Made by a program: the position numbers and the translations under genes. A stretch of 64,000 nt of DNA, from positions 379,812,001-379,876,000 of the forward strand of contig CM097882.1 in assembly GCA_044892505.1 (NCBI GenBank). The letters are read 5' to 3'. The stretch is from Schmidtea nova (Eukaryota). This document shows positions 14,393-26,700 of the stretch, in pieces. Each line of letters starts with the position of its first letter. Position 1 is the first letter of the stretch. The notes under the pieces are model-generated. The model was not told the DNA's origin. It saw nothing but the letters and a program-made list of their open reading frames with translations, and did not search any database.

Positions 14393-16124
14393 TGCTGGGT
14401 TTATGGGTGGGTTTTAAATAATTAATAATAAATAAATAAAAAATAAATAAATAATTAAACAAATAATCATAAATACGTATACTAGGGATGCCTCACCCAT
14501 AACCATACATCAAAACAAATCGCCTCACTCGCACGCCCCTAACTATTCCTATCTAGTTAGGTTGGAACTGCGCGCGGTGGTTGAAAAATGATGGGCAGGT
14601 GAGCTCCATCGCTGGAACTACTCCCCATTTATTTTCACGGGTTCCCGCTGCCGCTAGAAGGTCTTACGCGTTCTTCTCTCAATGTCTACGCTCAACTTCC
14701 TTAAAAAATTAACAAACGTCTTTTAAATAGAGATTTGATTAAGCTACCAACTCCTTACGCTATATAAAACCCAAAATAATGCGCTACACTTTAAAATTAT
14801 ATTTATTTATAAAAACTCTCGAAAATCTCCTTTACTCAAAATCACCGCTATGTCGTTGCATCGCTATGAGTAAAAAAAATCTATTGATCAAGTTCGTCTT
14901 GCTAACATTTTAATTCTGAAATTAAATCGCTACATAAGATGTAAAATTCCTGTAAAACTCCAAAATTATCGCTGAAAAATGCGCAAACCTCAAAACCTAT
15001 CGTTCAACACTCAAAAATCCTATCATTATATGAAACCCTCAAAATCTGTCGCAATTACCAAAACTATTCTCTATGTGTAACGATTCGTTATGTGCAACCG
15101 AAAAAATATCCGAAAAAATCCCAGATTCATAAATTATAAAAAGGTACAACCGCCGTGTGAAGCTACGAGGCTCCACGACGACGACTATGTCTCCCTCGCC
15201 GCGTTAGCAGCATAGGAAGCATATCAATATAACCATTTTATATAATGACTACAATAATACTCATCATCGAATATTTATTTTCGGAAAAATTAGCCTCAAA
15301 ACTTTACTATGGCCACTACATAACAAATTACCCAACCCATCTCACACAAAAATACTCAAATAACACAAAAATACCCGTTCGAAATCGATCCACACGACTG
15401 GCGAAATCAAAACCAAATTTTTTCTCTCAGTAAATTAATGCCAAGTTTAGATTGTGATTTTCAGCATCTATTTATACTAATTTTACTGACGCTTAGATAT
15501 TTCGTTTTTTACCTAATTTATTAATAATTTAAACTTACTTATTAGTTTTAATAAGTGAGCATTTATTTATCTTTCATAAATTTAACTTTATAATTTGATT
15601 TATTTATTTCGAAAATATTTGTTTTTAATTCTATTAAATTAGGTGTGTATCTATTGTTTTATTGTGCATTTATTGATTAAAACAATTTAATTTTAAATCT
15701 ATTTTCATTCCTATCTCTGTTAATTTTTGCGATATTTCAATGGGGATTTATTCTATAATTTTTAATAAATTATTTTCTTTATTCTGATACCGATTTTATT
15801 CTTTGGTCATACTTTCCATAATCACTTTACAAGCACTGATCTTCCCCATTCAATTCTCGTGCGGTCCTTCGTGTGTAAATCCGACCTGCACTCAAATTGT
15901 GTGCTCTCCCTTGAGATGCCTCTCTTTTATCGCTTCAACTCTATCTCGATCGACTTATAAGATGCGGTTCGTATGACTACTATTGTACTTAATTGTTTTT
16001 ATTTTTCCTTGCGTTATTTTACTGCTTAACGTCTTGTCGTGCGTTTCTCTTTGTTTCTCATTGTATGTATTTAATTTTTAATAATTTTTAATTAAATTTT
16101 ATTTTTGATTTCACCAGCTCAACA
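14393..16124 (-). mobile_element. Old solo-LTR-like copy related to the giant element's LTR
   Basis: The minus strand starts TGTTGAGCTGG (16124) and ends ..CCCAGCA (14393), similar to the giant LTR termini. It has TATAAATAG at ~15475 and the conserved motif at 14594-14670. No TSD match found. Confidence 0.65.
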
Positions 16125-16125
16125 C

Positions 16126-16182
<57 letters not shown>

Positions 16183-16188
<6 letters not shown>

Positions 16189-16537
16189 AGATATGTAGAT
16201 GATATCTTTATCACGGCAAATAGCAAAAAGGAAGCGAAAGAAATATTTCGTATTTTCAATGCGGCACACAATGACATAAATTTTGAGATTGAATACCCGA
16301 AAGAAGACGGATACCTCGAACTATTAGATCTGAGAATAAAAATCAACTCAGTCACACCAACGTATGGGGTCTACAGAAAATCAGGCCGCAAAGAAATATT
16401 TATGCACCAAAGATCAGCACTTTCTCATCAGCAGAAGGTAAAAGTCGTTAGAAACGAGAGACAAAATATAGCTAATCGATGTACAAAGAAAAAGGAGAAT
16501 TCAGTAGAACAAGCAATATTTACTGAAGTCTTGCATC
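16183..16537 (+). pseudogene. 5'-truncated Penelope-like element RT fragment; continues at 41266-41298
   Basis: YARYVDDIF..IFNAAHNDINFEIE..LELLDLRI..VYRK. Removing the LTR element and one CATC restores FTEVLH-RNGY, the Penelope L..NGY motif. Confidence 0.85.
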
Positions 16538-16911
16538 TGTTGGGCCAGCCAAATCGAGCAGCATCTGAAAATAATGTACAATCAATAAAATAAATTAAAT
16601 ACAGAATAACAACAAAATAAATTACCAACACCAAAGCGTAACAAAATAAGCGGCAACATCTAAAAGAAATAAAGTATTAACCAAAACAAAATAAAACTCA
16701 AGAACTTACTCATGCGAAACAGAAAAAATCTGAATATGACAGCGCGTGGGCGGATGTCACCGAAGAGCTAAAACAAAATCAAATAAAAATTAAATCGTAC
16801 AAAAAATAAACTTACCGCATGATTAACCAAATAAATCATTGAGTTGAGTTAGGCACCAAAAAGCCGGCAACACAAAATAATGAAGCAAACATACACACAT
16901 ACTCGATGCTG

Positions 16912-17047
16912 ATTGGCTAACCAACAACACCGGTTGAGTATAAATACTGAAGTCAAATCAGTATTTGACAATGTCATTTTACCGAGTGCAAGTTGTAACT
17001 GATAACTTGTAGTAATCTTGTGAACCAATCGAAAATAAAAGGTAATT
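16912..17047 (+). promoter_or_regulatory. LTR core promoter, poly(A) signal and candidate major splice donor
   Basis: ATTGG (CCAAT box) at 16912, TATAAATA at 16939-16946, hairpin GTCAAAT-cagt-ATTTGAC at 16952-16969, AATAAA at 17034-17039, and AG|GTAATT at 17041/17042. Confidence 0.6.
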
Positions 17048-17976
17048 TCGAGTTATGTTTTGATGTATTTAAACCCTCATAATTATGTTAAAATCCATAA
17101 GGTTTTCCGGAGGCCTAACAGCCTGACGGATTCTTTGGCCTCTCAGCGCAACACACCTTATCGGTTGTGAGGTACTGATGCGGCGGGACCATAAGTTTAC
17201 TAAATACTTGATGGGGGAAAAAGGGGATGCACATAGGGTATCGAGTAAGACCTAATGATCATGAACTAAGTCAAGGTAGAGACGGTCTAGTACAAACGCT
17301 ATGCATCACGATAATAAGGTATCGAGTGACAGTTAATGGTCATAAATCGAATCAAGGTAAAGCTCATTTCGCAAGGGAAGATATATACATGAGGTATCTT
17401 GACGAGGGGGTGTACCTTCAAGGAGTGCTGGTACATCAAAAGTCGATGAGAATCGGGATAGGTAAAGCGTAACATGGTGGTCAAAGGACATTAGCGCCAA
17501 GGGGCAGTAGTGAACCGAATGAGTTGCTAATAAATACATATAATCCCACTGAGGGCATGAAAAGTCAGACCCGATAGTAGATAAAATTAGTGCGTTTCTC
17601 AACGAAGTAGTTGACTAAGGGATTACTAAATTTTCCCCGTGACGTGAATCTTGATAGTTGCTGATGATGATCCGTAAATGAACCATGTTGAATGAATGAA
17701 AATGATCGATGAGAAATTAAATGTAACGTAAAATATGATTGTAAATAACAAGTCGAAATGAGCGTAGCTAAAACCAACTGAAATTGCGGAGTGAATCAAC
17801 TCACCCAAGTAAAGTCACCACCTACATGAACACCGCGACCAATGGTCTAGTAAATTATATACGAGCTACAAGGCCTACGGCTAATAGAACGATAAACCAA
17901 GTAGGTTGATCGACATAAATATCGATGGTCGATGATAGAGTCTGTCAGTTAACCTAAAATTCCATTTCAGAGTGAC

Positions 17977-18612
17977 ATGATGAAGACCGAATATCTCATG
18001 AAGGAGCCGGTAGGACCCCTAACCGTCAAATCAGAGGAGTACATTCTACGGAGGAAACGGCGCATCCGCTCCGTCATCACACCAAAATTACCTATCGAAA
18101 TCCAAGGAGAGAAGGAGGCCCCACGCCAAATTTTCAACTCCGCACGTAGACACCTGCGTCGATGGACAAGGACCCATATGAGCACAGCGGCAAGTATTCC
18201 CGCCTGTGCATTCCAACTACAGCTGAGGTGGGAAGGCGATGTCAATTGGACGCCCTCCCCGAACCCCACCAAAGATGGATACGAAAGATGGTTCTATCAA
18301 TTTGTAGATGAAACACAACAACCCCGCTGGGTACTAAGCACCGGAATGATGACCGGGCAGGCATTCGGCCAACTCGGGTATTTGCTGCTAGACAGGCCTC
18401 GGTGTGGTGACACTGGGGAAGTCTTCGTTTACCCGAACGCCCCAGGCAGTGTTTCCGTGGATCAACACCCCGAGCCCAAAGACCTTCGCCTCTGGGAGGT
18501 GTTCATTTATCAAAACAAACTGAGTTGGAATCCGGCCCCCGAACTATACCATGAAACAGGGATTCGCCGAGACGAGAACCCGGCCGATCAAGAGTTACGA
18601 CCATACAATTGA
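17977..18612 (+). CDS. LTR-encoded 211-aa protein of unknown function
   Basis: Intact ORF, identical in both LTRs, preceded by the acceptor-like TTCCATTTCAG. Confidence 0.6.
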   Translation: MMKTEYLMKEPVGPLTVKSEEYILRRKRRIRSVITPKLPIEIQGEKEAPRQIFNSARRHLRRWTRTHMSTAASIPACAFQLQLRWEGDVNWTPSPNPTKDGYERWFYQFVDETQQPRWVLSTGMMTGQAFGQLGYLLLDRPRCGDTGEVFVYPNAPGSVSVDQHPEPKDLRLWEVFIYQNKLSWNPAPELYHETGIRRDENPADQELRPYN

Positions 18613-18789
18613 TCACGAGGACGACATCCCAATGAACGAATATCTGTTGTGAATTAAAAATATATGTATCCATTTAAAAGGGTTTTGTTTTGGTTTTGGA
18701 TGCATGGGGAATGAGTAAGGATAAGGGTGCAGTTGTTTAACGGTAAAATGGTGACTGAGAAACCAAACGATACATACATACCCTAGTTA

Positions 18790-19371
18790 ATGATACATTA
18801 CTCAGATATGGACGAAAATCCCAATCTAGATTACAAGCAAGAGGCACGCGAACATAGAGCACGATCTCGTGTCCTCGAGAGTCGCTTGAGACAGCTGAAT
18901 GAGGAGCACCAGCGGATTAAGGCAACATGGTTTAATCCTGAGAGGGTTAAAACCATCTTACAAGCCCGATACAGAGCGGAACGAACGATCGATGAACAAG
19001 CGAGAGAGGTCGCAGCCCTGAAATTAGAGTTGGCCAATTATTTAAAGGTGTCTACCCAAGACTTCATCGCTGAGCAATTGCGTCCAGTGATTAGAGCGAG
19101 CACCTTTAACAAATGGTTAAATTCGACATCAGCAACGACGAGTACGCAAACCGACGAAGAGATAATCGTAACTACGGCAACCGAGATGACCACAATCATA
19201 CCACGAGGGTCGCAGAGGACAAAACGAAGGAACCGCTTAGGGGCGAAAAAGCGGAGGGAGCGACGCGCATATGCAGATCGCGTAGGAATAGAAGTAGACT
19301 TGCTCAGTGGCCTATCTGAACAAGAACTACTAAATGTAATTAGACCCTCTGTATTGTTAAACTATAAATAA
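18790..19371 (+). CDS. LTR-encoded 193-aa coiled-coil protein with an Arg/Lys-rich motif
   Basis: Intact ORF containing KRRNRLGAKKRRERR; AATAAA follows the stop. Confidence 0.6.
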   Translation: MIHYSDMDENPNLDYKQEAREHRARSRVLESRLRQLNEEHQRIKATWFNPERVKTILQARYRAERTIDEQAREVAALKLELANYLKVSTQDFIAEQLRPVIRASTFNKWLNSTSATTSTQTDEEIIVTTATEMTTIIPRGSQRTKRRNRLGAKKRRERRAYADRVGIEVDLLSGLSEQELLNVIRPSVLLNYK

Positions 19372-19761
19372 ATGTATAAAACTAATGATTTGACTTGTCT
19401 TGTTTGTTTGTGGAATGTCTGAGAATTGAATATAACTAAAACCCGGATTCATGTAAAACTGCAGATGCGCTAAGATTAAATTACCCTAGAGCAAAAGAAA
19501 GAGCATAAGTGGGACCGAAAGAAATCCACAGACGCCTTCTATCGGTAGTGGTGGACCCGTGAATAAACAAGGGAATAGTAGCCGAAAGGTTGCTCACCTG
19601 CCTTGTCATTTCACAACGTTGACACAGTACCAACATGATGAGTAGTTAGGGATACATCATGGGTGTCAGCGGGGGAATGTTTTTATGTTGGCGAGATCAC
19701 CCTAACATATAAAATCATGAGGATCTCAGTTGTCAATCTAACCAACACACCAGCATAAATT

Positions 19762-19780
19762 TGGGGGCTCAGCCGGGATT
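19762..19780 (+). promoter_or_regulatory. Primer-binding site, tRNA-Pro-like
   Basis: TGGGGGCTCAGCCGGGATT lies 6 nt after the LTR end. The canonical Pro PBS is TGGGGGCTCGTCCGGGAT (2 mismatches). Confidence 0.85.
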
Positions 19781-20313
19781 AAATCGATCTTTGTGGGAAA
19801 AAGTGAATTCGATATCTGCGGACAGTTTAGAGCGCCTGAACCGGGATGAATTGAATTTAGCGAGGAAAGGTAAAGTAAATAATAACAGAGGGTTTAAGTG
19901 TCGTGAAGCAAGAATGAATCGGGTTGAAAAATAATAGATAAAAGTATGAGTGTAAAATAATGAGATTGATGAACGTGATGAAAGTATGCATGAGAATGAA
20001 AGTATGAATGATAATGGAATGGAAGTATGAGGACGAATGAAGTATGATGAATAGTATGTGGAATAACAGTATGAAAAGTGATGAAAAGTATGCATGACGT
20101 AAGGTAAAAGTATGCTGAAAAGCGCGTATGAAAATGGTATGAGTGTGAGCAACTAACAAGGATCATGTCGGGGCGACATTCAAGAACACGGGGGGATATA
20201 CACGCAGTGACGCAAAACAGAACAACAGAAAGCGAACAGTAGGACTACCATAGAATAAGAATAAGAAATAATAAATAAAAATCGACAGAAATTAATGGTA
20301 ATTCATTCAGGGG

Positions 20314-20772
20314 ATGGAGAACAAAATAAAAGAAATGCAAACGTTTTTCGAGACAAATAACGAGACAATGGAGATAATAATGAGAAAGTTAAGACGACTC
20401 GAGGTAGGAGGATATCACAAACCGACAAACAAAACAGAAAGAGCCGAAATGATGATGAGCATAAGCGAGAATAAGATAACAGTGGATACAGCAACACGAT
20501 ATCAGTGGTATAGAGAAAGATTAAACAACCCTGAGATGAATATCGAGTGCCACAGGCTAGAACAACAAATTGCAACAAAACACGATGAGTGGATAAGAAT
20601 AACAACCGAACATACGAGACAATATCTGACGTGTTACATCTGTGAAATGAATAAGATACAGATACTGTTGTTGCCGTGTGGGCATTATCGATTCTGTAAT
20701 GAGTGTAAAATAAATGAACGATGTCCTATGTGCAACCTTCCCGTATCCGAGAAAATAACAGTGTACTTGTAA
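20314..20772 (+). CDS. 152-aa protein with a C-terminal IAP/MDM2-type C3HC4 RING (no BIR domain)
   Basis: CYICEMNKIQILLLPCGHYRFCNECKINERCPMCNLPVSEKITVYL at the extreme C-terminus. Confidence 0.85.
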   Translation: MENKIKEMQTFFETNNETMEIIMRKLRRLEVGGYHKPTNKTERAEMMMSISENKITVDTATRYQWYRERLNNPEMNIECHRLEQQIATKHDEWIRITTEHTRQYLTCYICEMNKIQILLLPCGHYRFCNECKINERCPMCNLPVSEKITVYL

Positions 20773-21475
20773 TAGAAATAAAGTTTTGAACAAGTGCAGT
20801 TGTTATTGAAATTATGAGGGTTTAAAAACGATTTGGTAAAAATGACCTAAGTAATTATGAGCTACCTACGAGTAGTCCGTTAAGCACCCATTGGGGGGAA
20901 CCAACTGATCAACTTACCCGAGATGTGTAGAAAGGGGCCAATCGCGGATATTGGAAAGCTCTTGTGATGTGACTGATCACCACATCGTGCATCAGCGGAC
21001 CAATGCGATCTTTTTATATATTTTGGTTGGGGTGAAAGGTAGGGACAACTCAATGAGGTTTAGGCGCGCGCAGAAAAACTATAAAAATAGGATGTTAAAC
21101 TGATCAGTAAAGAGAGAAAGAAAGCAATGAAATGAGTAAGATGAATAACGAAACGTGGTATATGGTGAAAGGCACGTAATCAGCTCGCATAAGGTAAAAT
21201 CAAGTAGAAAGGTTGACGAATCGAGAATAGAATAAAGGGGTATAACAGATGAACCGAGTAAATGGAAAACTCGAGGTTAAATGAATTCCTTGAAAGAAAG
21301 GAAATGATAAGAGGGGTCCTAAAGAGAAAGGATTTGCCCATAGTTCTTGAAAGATAGAACTTAACGAAACGCGACAATAGATTCTCCGAAGAAGCATAAG
21401 TGACCACTGGGAGGAACATCCCGAAGCAACACATGCAACCACTGAGAGATGATATTTCGAGTTTTCGTTCGTGAG

Positions 21476-21993
21476 CATAGGTCTCATAGTGAGCATAGGT
21501 CTCGTCATGAAACATAACATCCTAGTGAGCGTAGGTCTCGTCATAGTGAGCATAGTTCTCGTCCGTAAATATAAATCTCGTAGTGAGCAGAGTTCTCATT
21601 AATAAACACAAGACCAGCGAACATAGTCCTCATCAGTGAGCGTAGTTCTCATTAATAAACATAGTCATCGTAGTGAGCATAGTTCTCCTCAGTGAGCATA
21701 GTTCTCGTCAGTGAGCATAGTTCTCGTCAGTGAGCATAGTTCTCGTCAGTGAGCATAGTTCTCGTCAGTGAGCATAGTTCTCGTCAGTGAGCATAGTTCT
21801 CGTCAGTGAGCATAGTTCTCGTCAGTGAGCATAGTTCTCGTCAGTGAGCATAGTTCTCGTCAGTGAGCATAGTTCTCGACAGTGAGCATAGTTCTCGTCA
21901 GTGAGCATAGTTCTCGTCAGCGAGCATAGTTCTCGTCAGTGAGCATAGTTCTCGTCATTGAGCATAGTTCTCGTCATTGAGCATAGTTCTCGT
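21476..21993 (+). repeat. 19-bp minisatellite (GTGAGCATAGTTCTCGTCA), ~17 near-perfect copies plus degenerate 5' copies
   Basis: Directly visible; the homogeneous part spans ~21673-21993. Confidence 0.97.
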
Positions 21994-22317
21994 TCGAAAT
22001 AAAATATTGAGTAAAAGCCCACGAGAAAGACGACGAAGTGAGGCAGATGAGGACTAAATAAAGTATAAAACTATCCGGATAGTAAAGATCAACAAGCGAT
22101 AATGGAGATGAATAAGTGATAATGGGGATAAATGATGAATAGTGAAAATGAATAGCGAATAATGAGGAATAAGGGTTGAAAGAAACCGAGGTAATAATGA
22201 GAGAGTTGAAGGTGCGCACCTGGGTATTGATAAATGCGAGTAAAGCTGATTATGTAGCCTAATGACGTCAAAGTATGCATACAAGGAGGAGTAGTAAAGT
22301 AAAGTGAGTAAGTAAAG

Positions 22318-22870
22318 GGTGCTGACTGGAAAACCCAGCAGACCATGAGATTCGATGGGAATTAAAGGAAACCGGTTTGTTAAGACAGGTAAAGTGGTAA
22401 AGACGCTAGCTGGAAAACCCAGCAGGTCAATGATAACGATCAGGAAAGATCGAGAGAATAAAAGGGAGTAACAATAAAGTGGTGAAATTGAGGACGCTGA
22501 CTGGAAGACCCAGCATGTCAAAAGTGATGATCATCGGAGCAAAGAACAGGTAAAAGTCGACAGTGAAGAGATAAAGGGTGGAGAATAAGAGCGCTGACTG
22601 GAAAACCCAGCAGACTAATGAAACGACAGTCGTGGTCGAGAATAACGAGATAACAGTAAAAGGGGAGATTAAAAGCGCTGACTGGAAAACCCAGCAGGCT
22701 AATGAGATAATGAGTGATGTTGAGAGAAATAAAGTTGAGATAAAAAAGTGAGATTAAAAGCGCTGACTGGAAAACCCAACAGGCTAATGAGATAATGAGT
22801 GAAGTTGAAAGAAACAGAGTTCGAGATAAAAGGTGAGATTAAAAGCGCTGATTGGAAAGCCCAACAGGCC
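22318..22870 (+). repeat. Seven spaced copies of GCTGACTGGAAAACCCAGCAG (period ~85-95 bp)
   Basis: Copies at approximately 22320, 22405, 22495, 22592, 22677, 22762 and 22846. Confidence 0.9.
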
Positions 22871-23744
22871 AACAAGAGATGTCAGTTGAATTAAAGGTGA
22901 GTAGAGATGAGAATTGAAATGAAGTAGTAAACGTAGTGTGAATAGGAAATAAAGCGAATAGCCGAGAAACAGAGTAGTCGACAGATAAGGGGAAATTTGA
23001 ACTCAGAGCCAGAGAAGCCTGAGAAAAGTAAAGGGGATAATAAGAGCGCTGAGCGACAAAGTAATTGGGGAACTGGGGAAAAGTAATTGGTGTATTTGAT
23101 AAAGAATAGATAATTGATGCGACTGCATAGATAATTTAAATAGACTTAAAATCAAGGGAAATGGGAAAAATGGGGATCTTCATGAATTATGACTACACCC
23201 GTGAGAGGGACGAGAAACACGATAACGGGGACGTATCGTGTAAGTGATTATTTGTTTTAAGGAAACAAATCAATCAAGCAATTCAAAGCAATCTAGCAGT
23301 CAGAACAATCAAAGGAAACAAATCAAAGAAGAAACAAAGCAAAAGCGAAGTAGAAAATCAGTTGAGAATATAAGAAGTTGAGGAATAGACAAAATTGAGG
23401 GACGAGAAACAAGATCAGGTATAATACCAATCTTAACGGAAGCAGAAAGAAAAGCAGCAAAAAGAACAAGAACAGGTAACAAGCCTAAGCAACAAAAGAA
23501 CAAACAAGTAGAGATCAACGACAATTCGAGTAATAAAGAGAATCAAGAAGAAACCCCAGAAGATCTAGAAGTACGAAACGAAGTAGAAACGATAGACAGT
23601 GAACCAGTTAGTGAAAACATAACGAGAAGCGAATCAAGAGATAACGAAACAGAGAGTAGTGAGGAAGAAGAGTCGAATCCAGAAACAAGTGGTGAACTAG
23701 AAGCAAAGAAAACTAGTACAGTATTCCAAGATAGTGGAATCAGG

Positions 23745-26700
23745 ATGAGTGATCACAGAGAGGATCTAAGAGAAAAATTCAAGGGCGAACCATTCAACGG
23801 AGACGCCAGTAGATTGGATACGTTCCTGAAGGAATTTGGTATATTTGTGGATATATGCGGATGGAGTGCAGAAACGTTGGCAAATCGAATCCCGCTATAC
23901 TTGAAAGATAGCGCATTGGATCTGTATATTGAAAAGAGATCGGGAAGTAGTCCACCCAGAACGTGGGAAGCGATCAAGGAGTTCTTCCAACAGACGTTTG
24001 GGATAAACAAAGTGCTGAATGAAGCATTCGATGAGTTCTCAGCAAGAAAACAGAGGAGAAATGAGTCAAATGCGGTGTACGCAAGTGAATTAAGAAAGTT
24101 GGCGAAACTGGCATTCAACAGAGGAAGTCCAGTAGACGAAGAATTGATGACAGCGTTATTCGTACGAGGTCTCAGGAGACCTGACATCAGAGCACAAGTG
24201 GGATGCAAAGGATGTAAAACAGTAGATGAAGCGTTGGAAGCAGCCAACCTATTCGAATTGCATATGGCAATGAATGACATGAGAATTACGGCGGTAATGG
24301 GAAAAACGACGGAAGATGAAGAACAAGGAAAAAGAAACATGAATCAAAGTATTCCCCATTCGCAGAGATTGTTCAAAGAACCGCCAACGAGGAAGAATAA
24401 CGGATATATTACGGTGAATACGAATGGAGGAAATAGTTACAATGATAGGCAGAATAGGCAATGTCAGACGTGTGGAAAAAACGGACATTGGCAACAAGAT
24501 TGTTTTCAGAATGTAGCCTGCAAACTGTGCGGACAAAAAGGTCACTCAGAGAATCGATGTTATGGGAAAACGTGTTACACATGTGGAAAAACCGGACACA
24601 TGTCAAAAGACTGTAATCAACAGAGAAATTGGTCAAACAGTGGAAATAGACCGAATTACGGGAATCGACCAAGCTATGGGAATCAAGGTCAACAACGGAA
24701 CAACCCAAACAGCAGTGCAAACGAAGCTAGTATGAAAGAAGCTAAGTTGAGACAGGAGGTGTCTAGATTACACGAGATAATCGAAAGCATGGCAAAGGGA
24801 AGCCAACAAGCTGCTCAACCAAAGATAAACATGATCCAGTTAATAGAAGCTGAGGCTGAAAGAGAAAATAGAGAAAGCCAACAGAAACATAACCAAGAAT
24901 GGGCTAGAGTACGACGAGAAGAAGAACAAGTCAGGCAACAACGATTACAACAGTTAAAAAAGGGAAATCCAAGGATCAACATGATGCGAGCAATGATGGA
25001 AGAGAAGCAGCAGGATGAGTCAGACGAGTTAGAAGTTAAAGAGAAAAGAAACGAAGAGCAGAAACAAGAAGAAGTGAGTCAGGAAGTAGAAGCCACAGAG
25101 CAGAATCAAAAAGTTGAAGAAGTAGAAAAAGAAACAGAAATAGAAAAAGAAACAGAAAAAGAAACGAATCAAGAAGAGGAAGTGAGAATCAAACAAAGAG
25201 GAATGTTGGTGATCATGCCGAATGATCACGTGTGGCGATTCAAATACGATGTAAAAGAAGAAGTGGGAAGATTGTTCAATAAAGTAAATGAGATGATGCC
25301 GGGAGTGACGAAACTGCCCAGAGAAGCATTCCTACAAACAGAAGATCTACCAGAAGTGAAGTTAAAGATGACTGATATATGGGAAGATATGGGAGTAACG
25401 GAGACGAAAATAAACGTGATGATCATCAGAGAGGTGGAACCGGAGAAAATCCCACCACCAGTGAAACATCAAACTCGGATCAGTCGAATATTCAAAGGAA
25501 AAATAAGACGAAGACGGTTGGAAGAAATAGATGAGTTGGAGAAAAGAATGGGAAAAGCTGAAGTAACAGGAAACGAGAATGAACTAATACAAGAAGTTAG
25601 CAAAAACGAAGCGAGACCAATCGCACATATTGGGATGCTGAGACACCCAAGACAAGAGTTGTCAGATGAAGAAGACGACAGCGAAGTTAGCAGTCTGGCA
25701 GGAGACATGCTAAAGGAACCGGAAAACGAGGATAAAAAGATGGAAGTAGTCGAGACAATAGAAACAATGTCAGTAAAGGAAGACGAAATTCAGAAGCTGA
25801 TGGATAACGCGTTGGAAGTAATCCATAACGAGGAGTTTATTGACACGAAACGATACCGAAAGTTTATACGAGCAGTATGGCAAATGAAGTACAAAGAGTG
25901 GTTACAAGAAAGAGAAGTGAGGGTAATACAAGAGTTCATAGAGAAGTTATTGAAAGAACCACTCAACGAATATGTAATACAAATATGGATAAACGAGTGT
26001 TCACCGAGAATCTGGATAAGGAACCCAATGACAGACGGAATTTACCGATGGGTTGAGGACAGATTGGGAAGCTCGTACCAAGACAAATTCATATATTCGG
26101 AAAACGGATTGGTGAGAAAAGGAACGCATATGATAGACACGGGCATCTGGCCAGGAGAAATAACGACGTTATCTATATGCAACACCAAGAAGGAAGAGAA
26201 CTTACAAGGAATCGTCAAAGAAGCGAATACGTGTTATGAGATGAGAATAAAACCTCAGTTGCTAGAGGCAAAGGAAAGAATCTTGGCAGAGAATTTGAAT
26301 ACGATGATAGAACAGATCATACAACAAATCAAGAAACATCGAAAGAAATTGACGAAAAGCGAGTATGAGAATTTGAAACAGTGTATCGAGAACATACGAG
26401 ATACAAGTCAAACGAGACATTCAAATTTCAAAACAGACAAGCTAATCGCAAAGATGGGAAAAGAAATGTTTAAAAGAGGAGAAGTATCAGATCTGAAGAT
26501 TACCGTGAGATTACCGAATGAAGAGACAAGACAAATTGAGGTAATACCAGATAGTAAAGTGGGAGAAATAGTAGATGTCATCAATGAGACGATATTACAA
26601 CGAGAACGGGAAGATGAATTCGAGGATGACATTGCGATAAAATACAAAGAACACCTACTAAACGAACGTGACGAAAGACGAGCGTATAAAATCGGCATAT

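Larger units (their letters stand above)
16538..19755 (+). repeat. 5' LTR (3218 bp)
   Basis: Runs TGTTGGG...CACCAGCA. Matches 38048-41265 except for 3 substitutions found by eye (16833/38343, 18827/40337, 19062/40572). Confidence 0.97.

Noticed and set aside
17170-17200. Hammerhead ribozyme core near CTGATGCGG (also at ~61535)
   Set aside because: Lacks the CUGANGA and GAAA consensus and the flanking stems.
17227-17472. 81-aa LTR ORF (and its copy at 38737)
   Set aside because: Short, overlaps imperfect repeats, has no acceptor-like signal and no recognisable motif.
22318-22870. CRISPR-like repeat-spacer appearance
   Set aside because: Eukaryotic retroelement context, spacers resemble each other, repeats are imperfect and there are no cas genes.
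26280-26480. Possible death-effector domain (LTKSEYENLKQC)
   Set aside because: Only the first helices resemble a DED and there is no RxDL motif; a structure prediction is needed before calling it.
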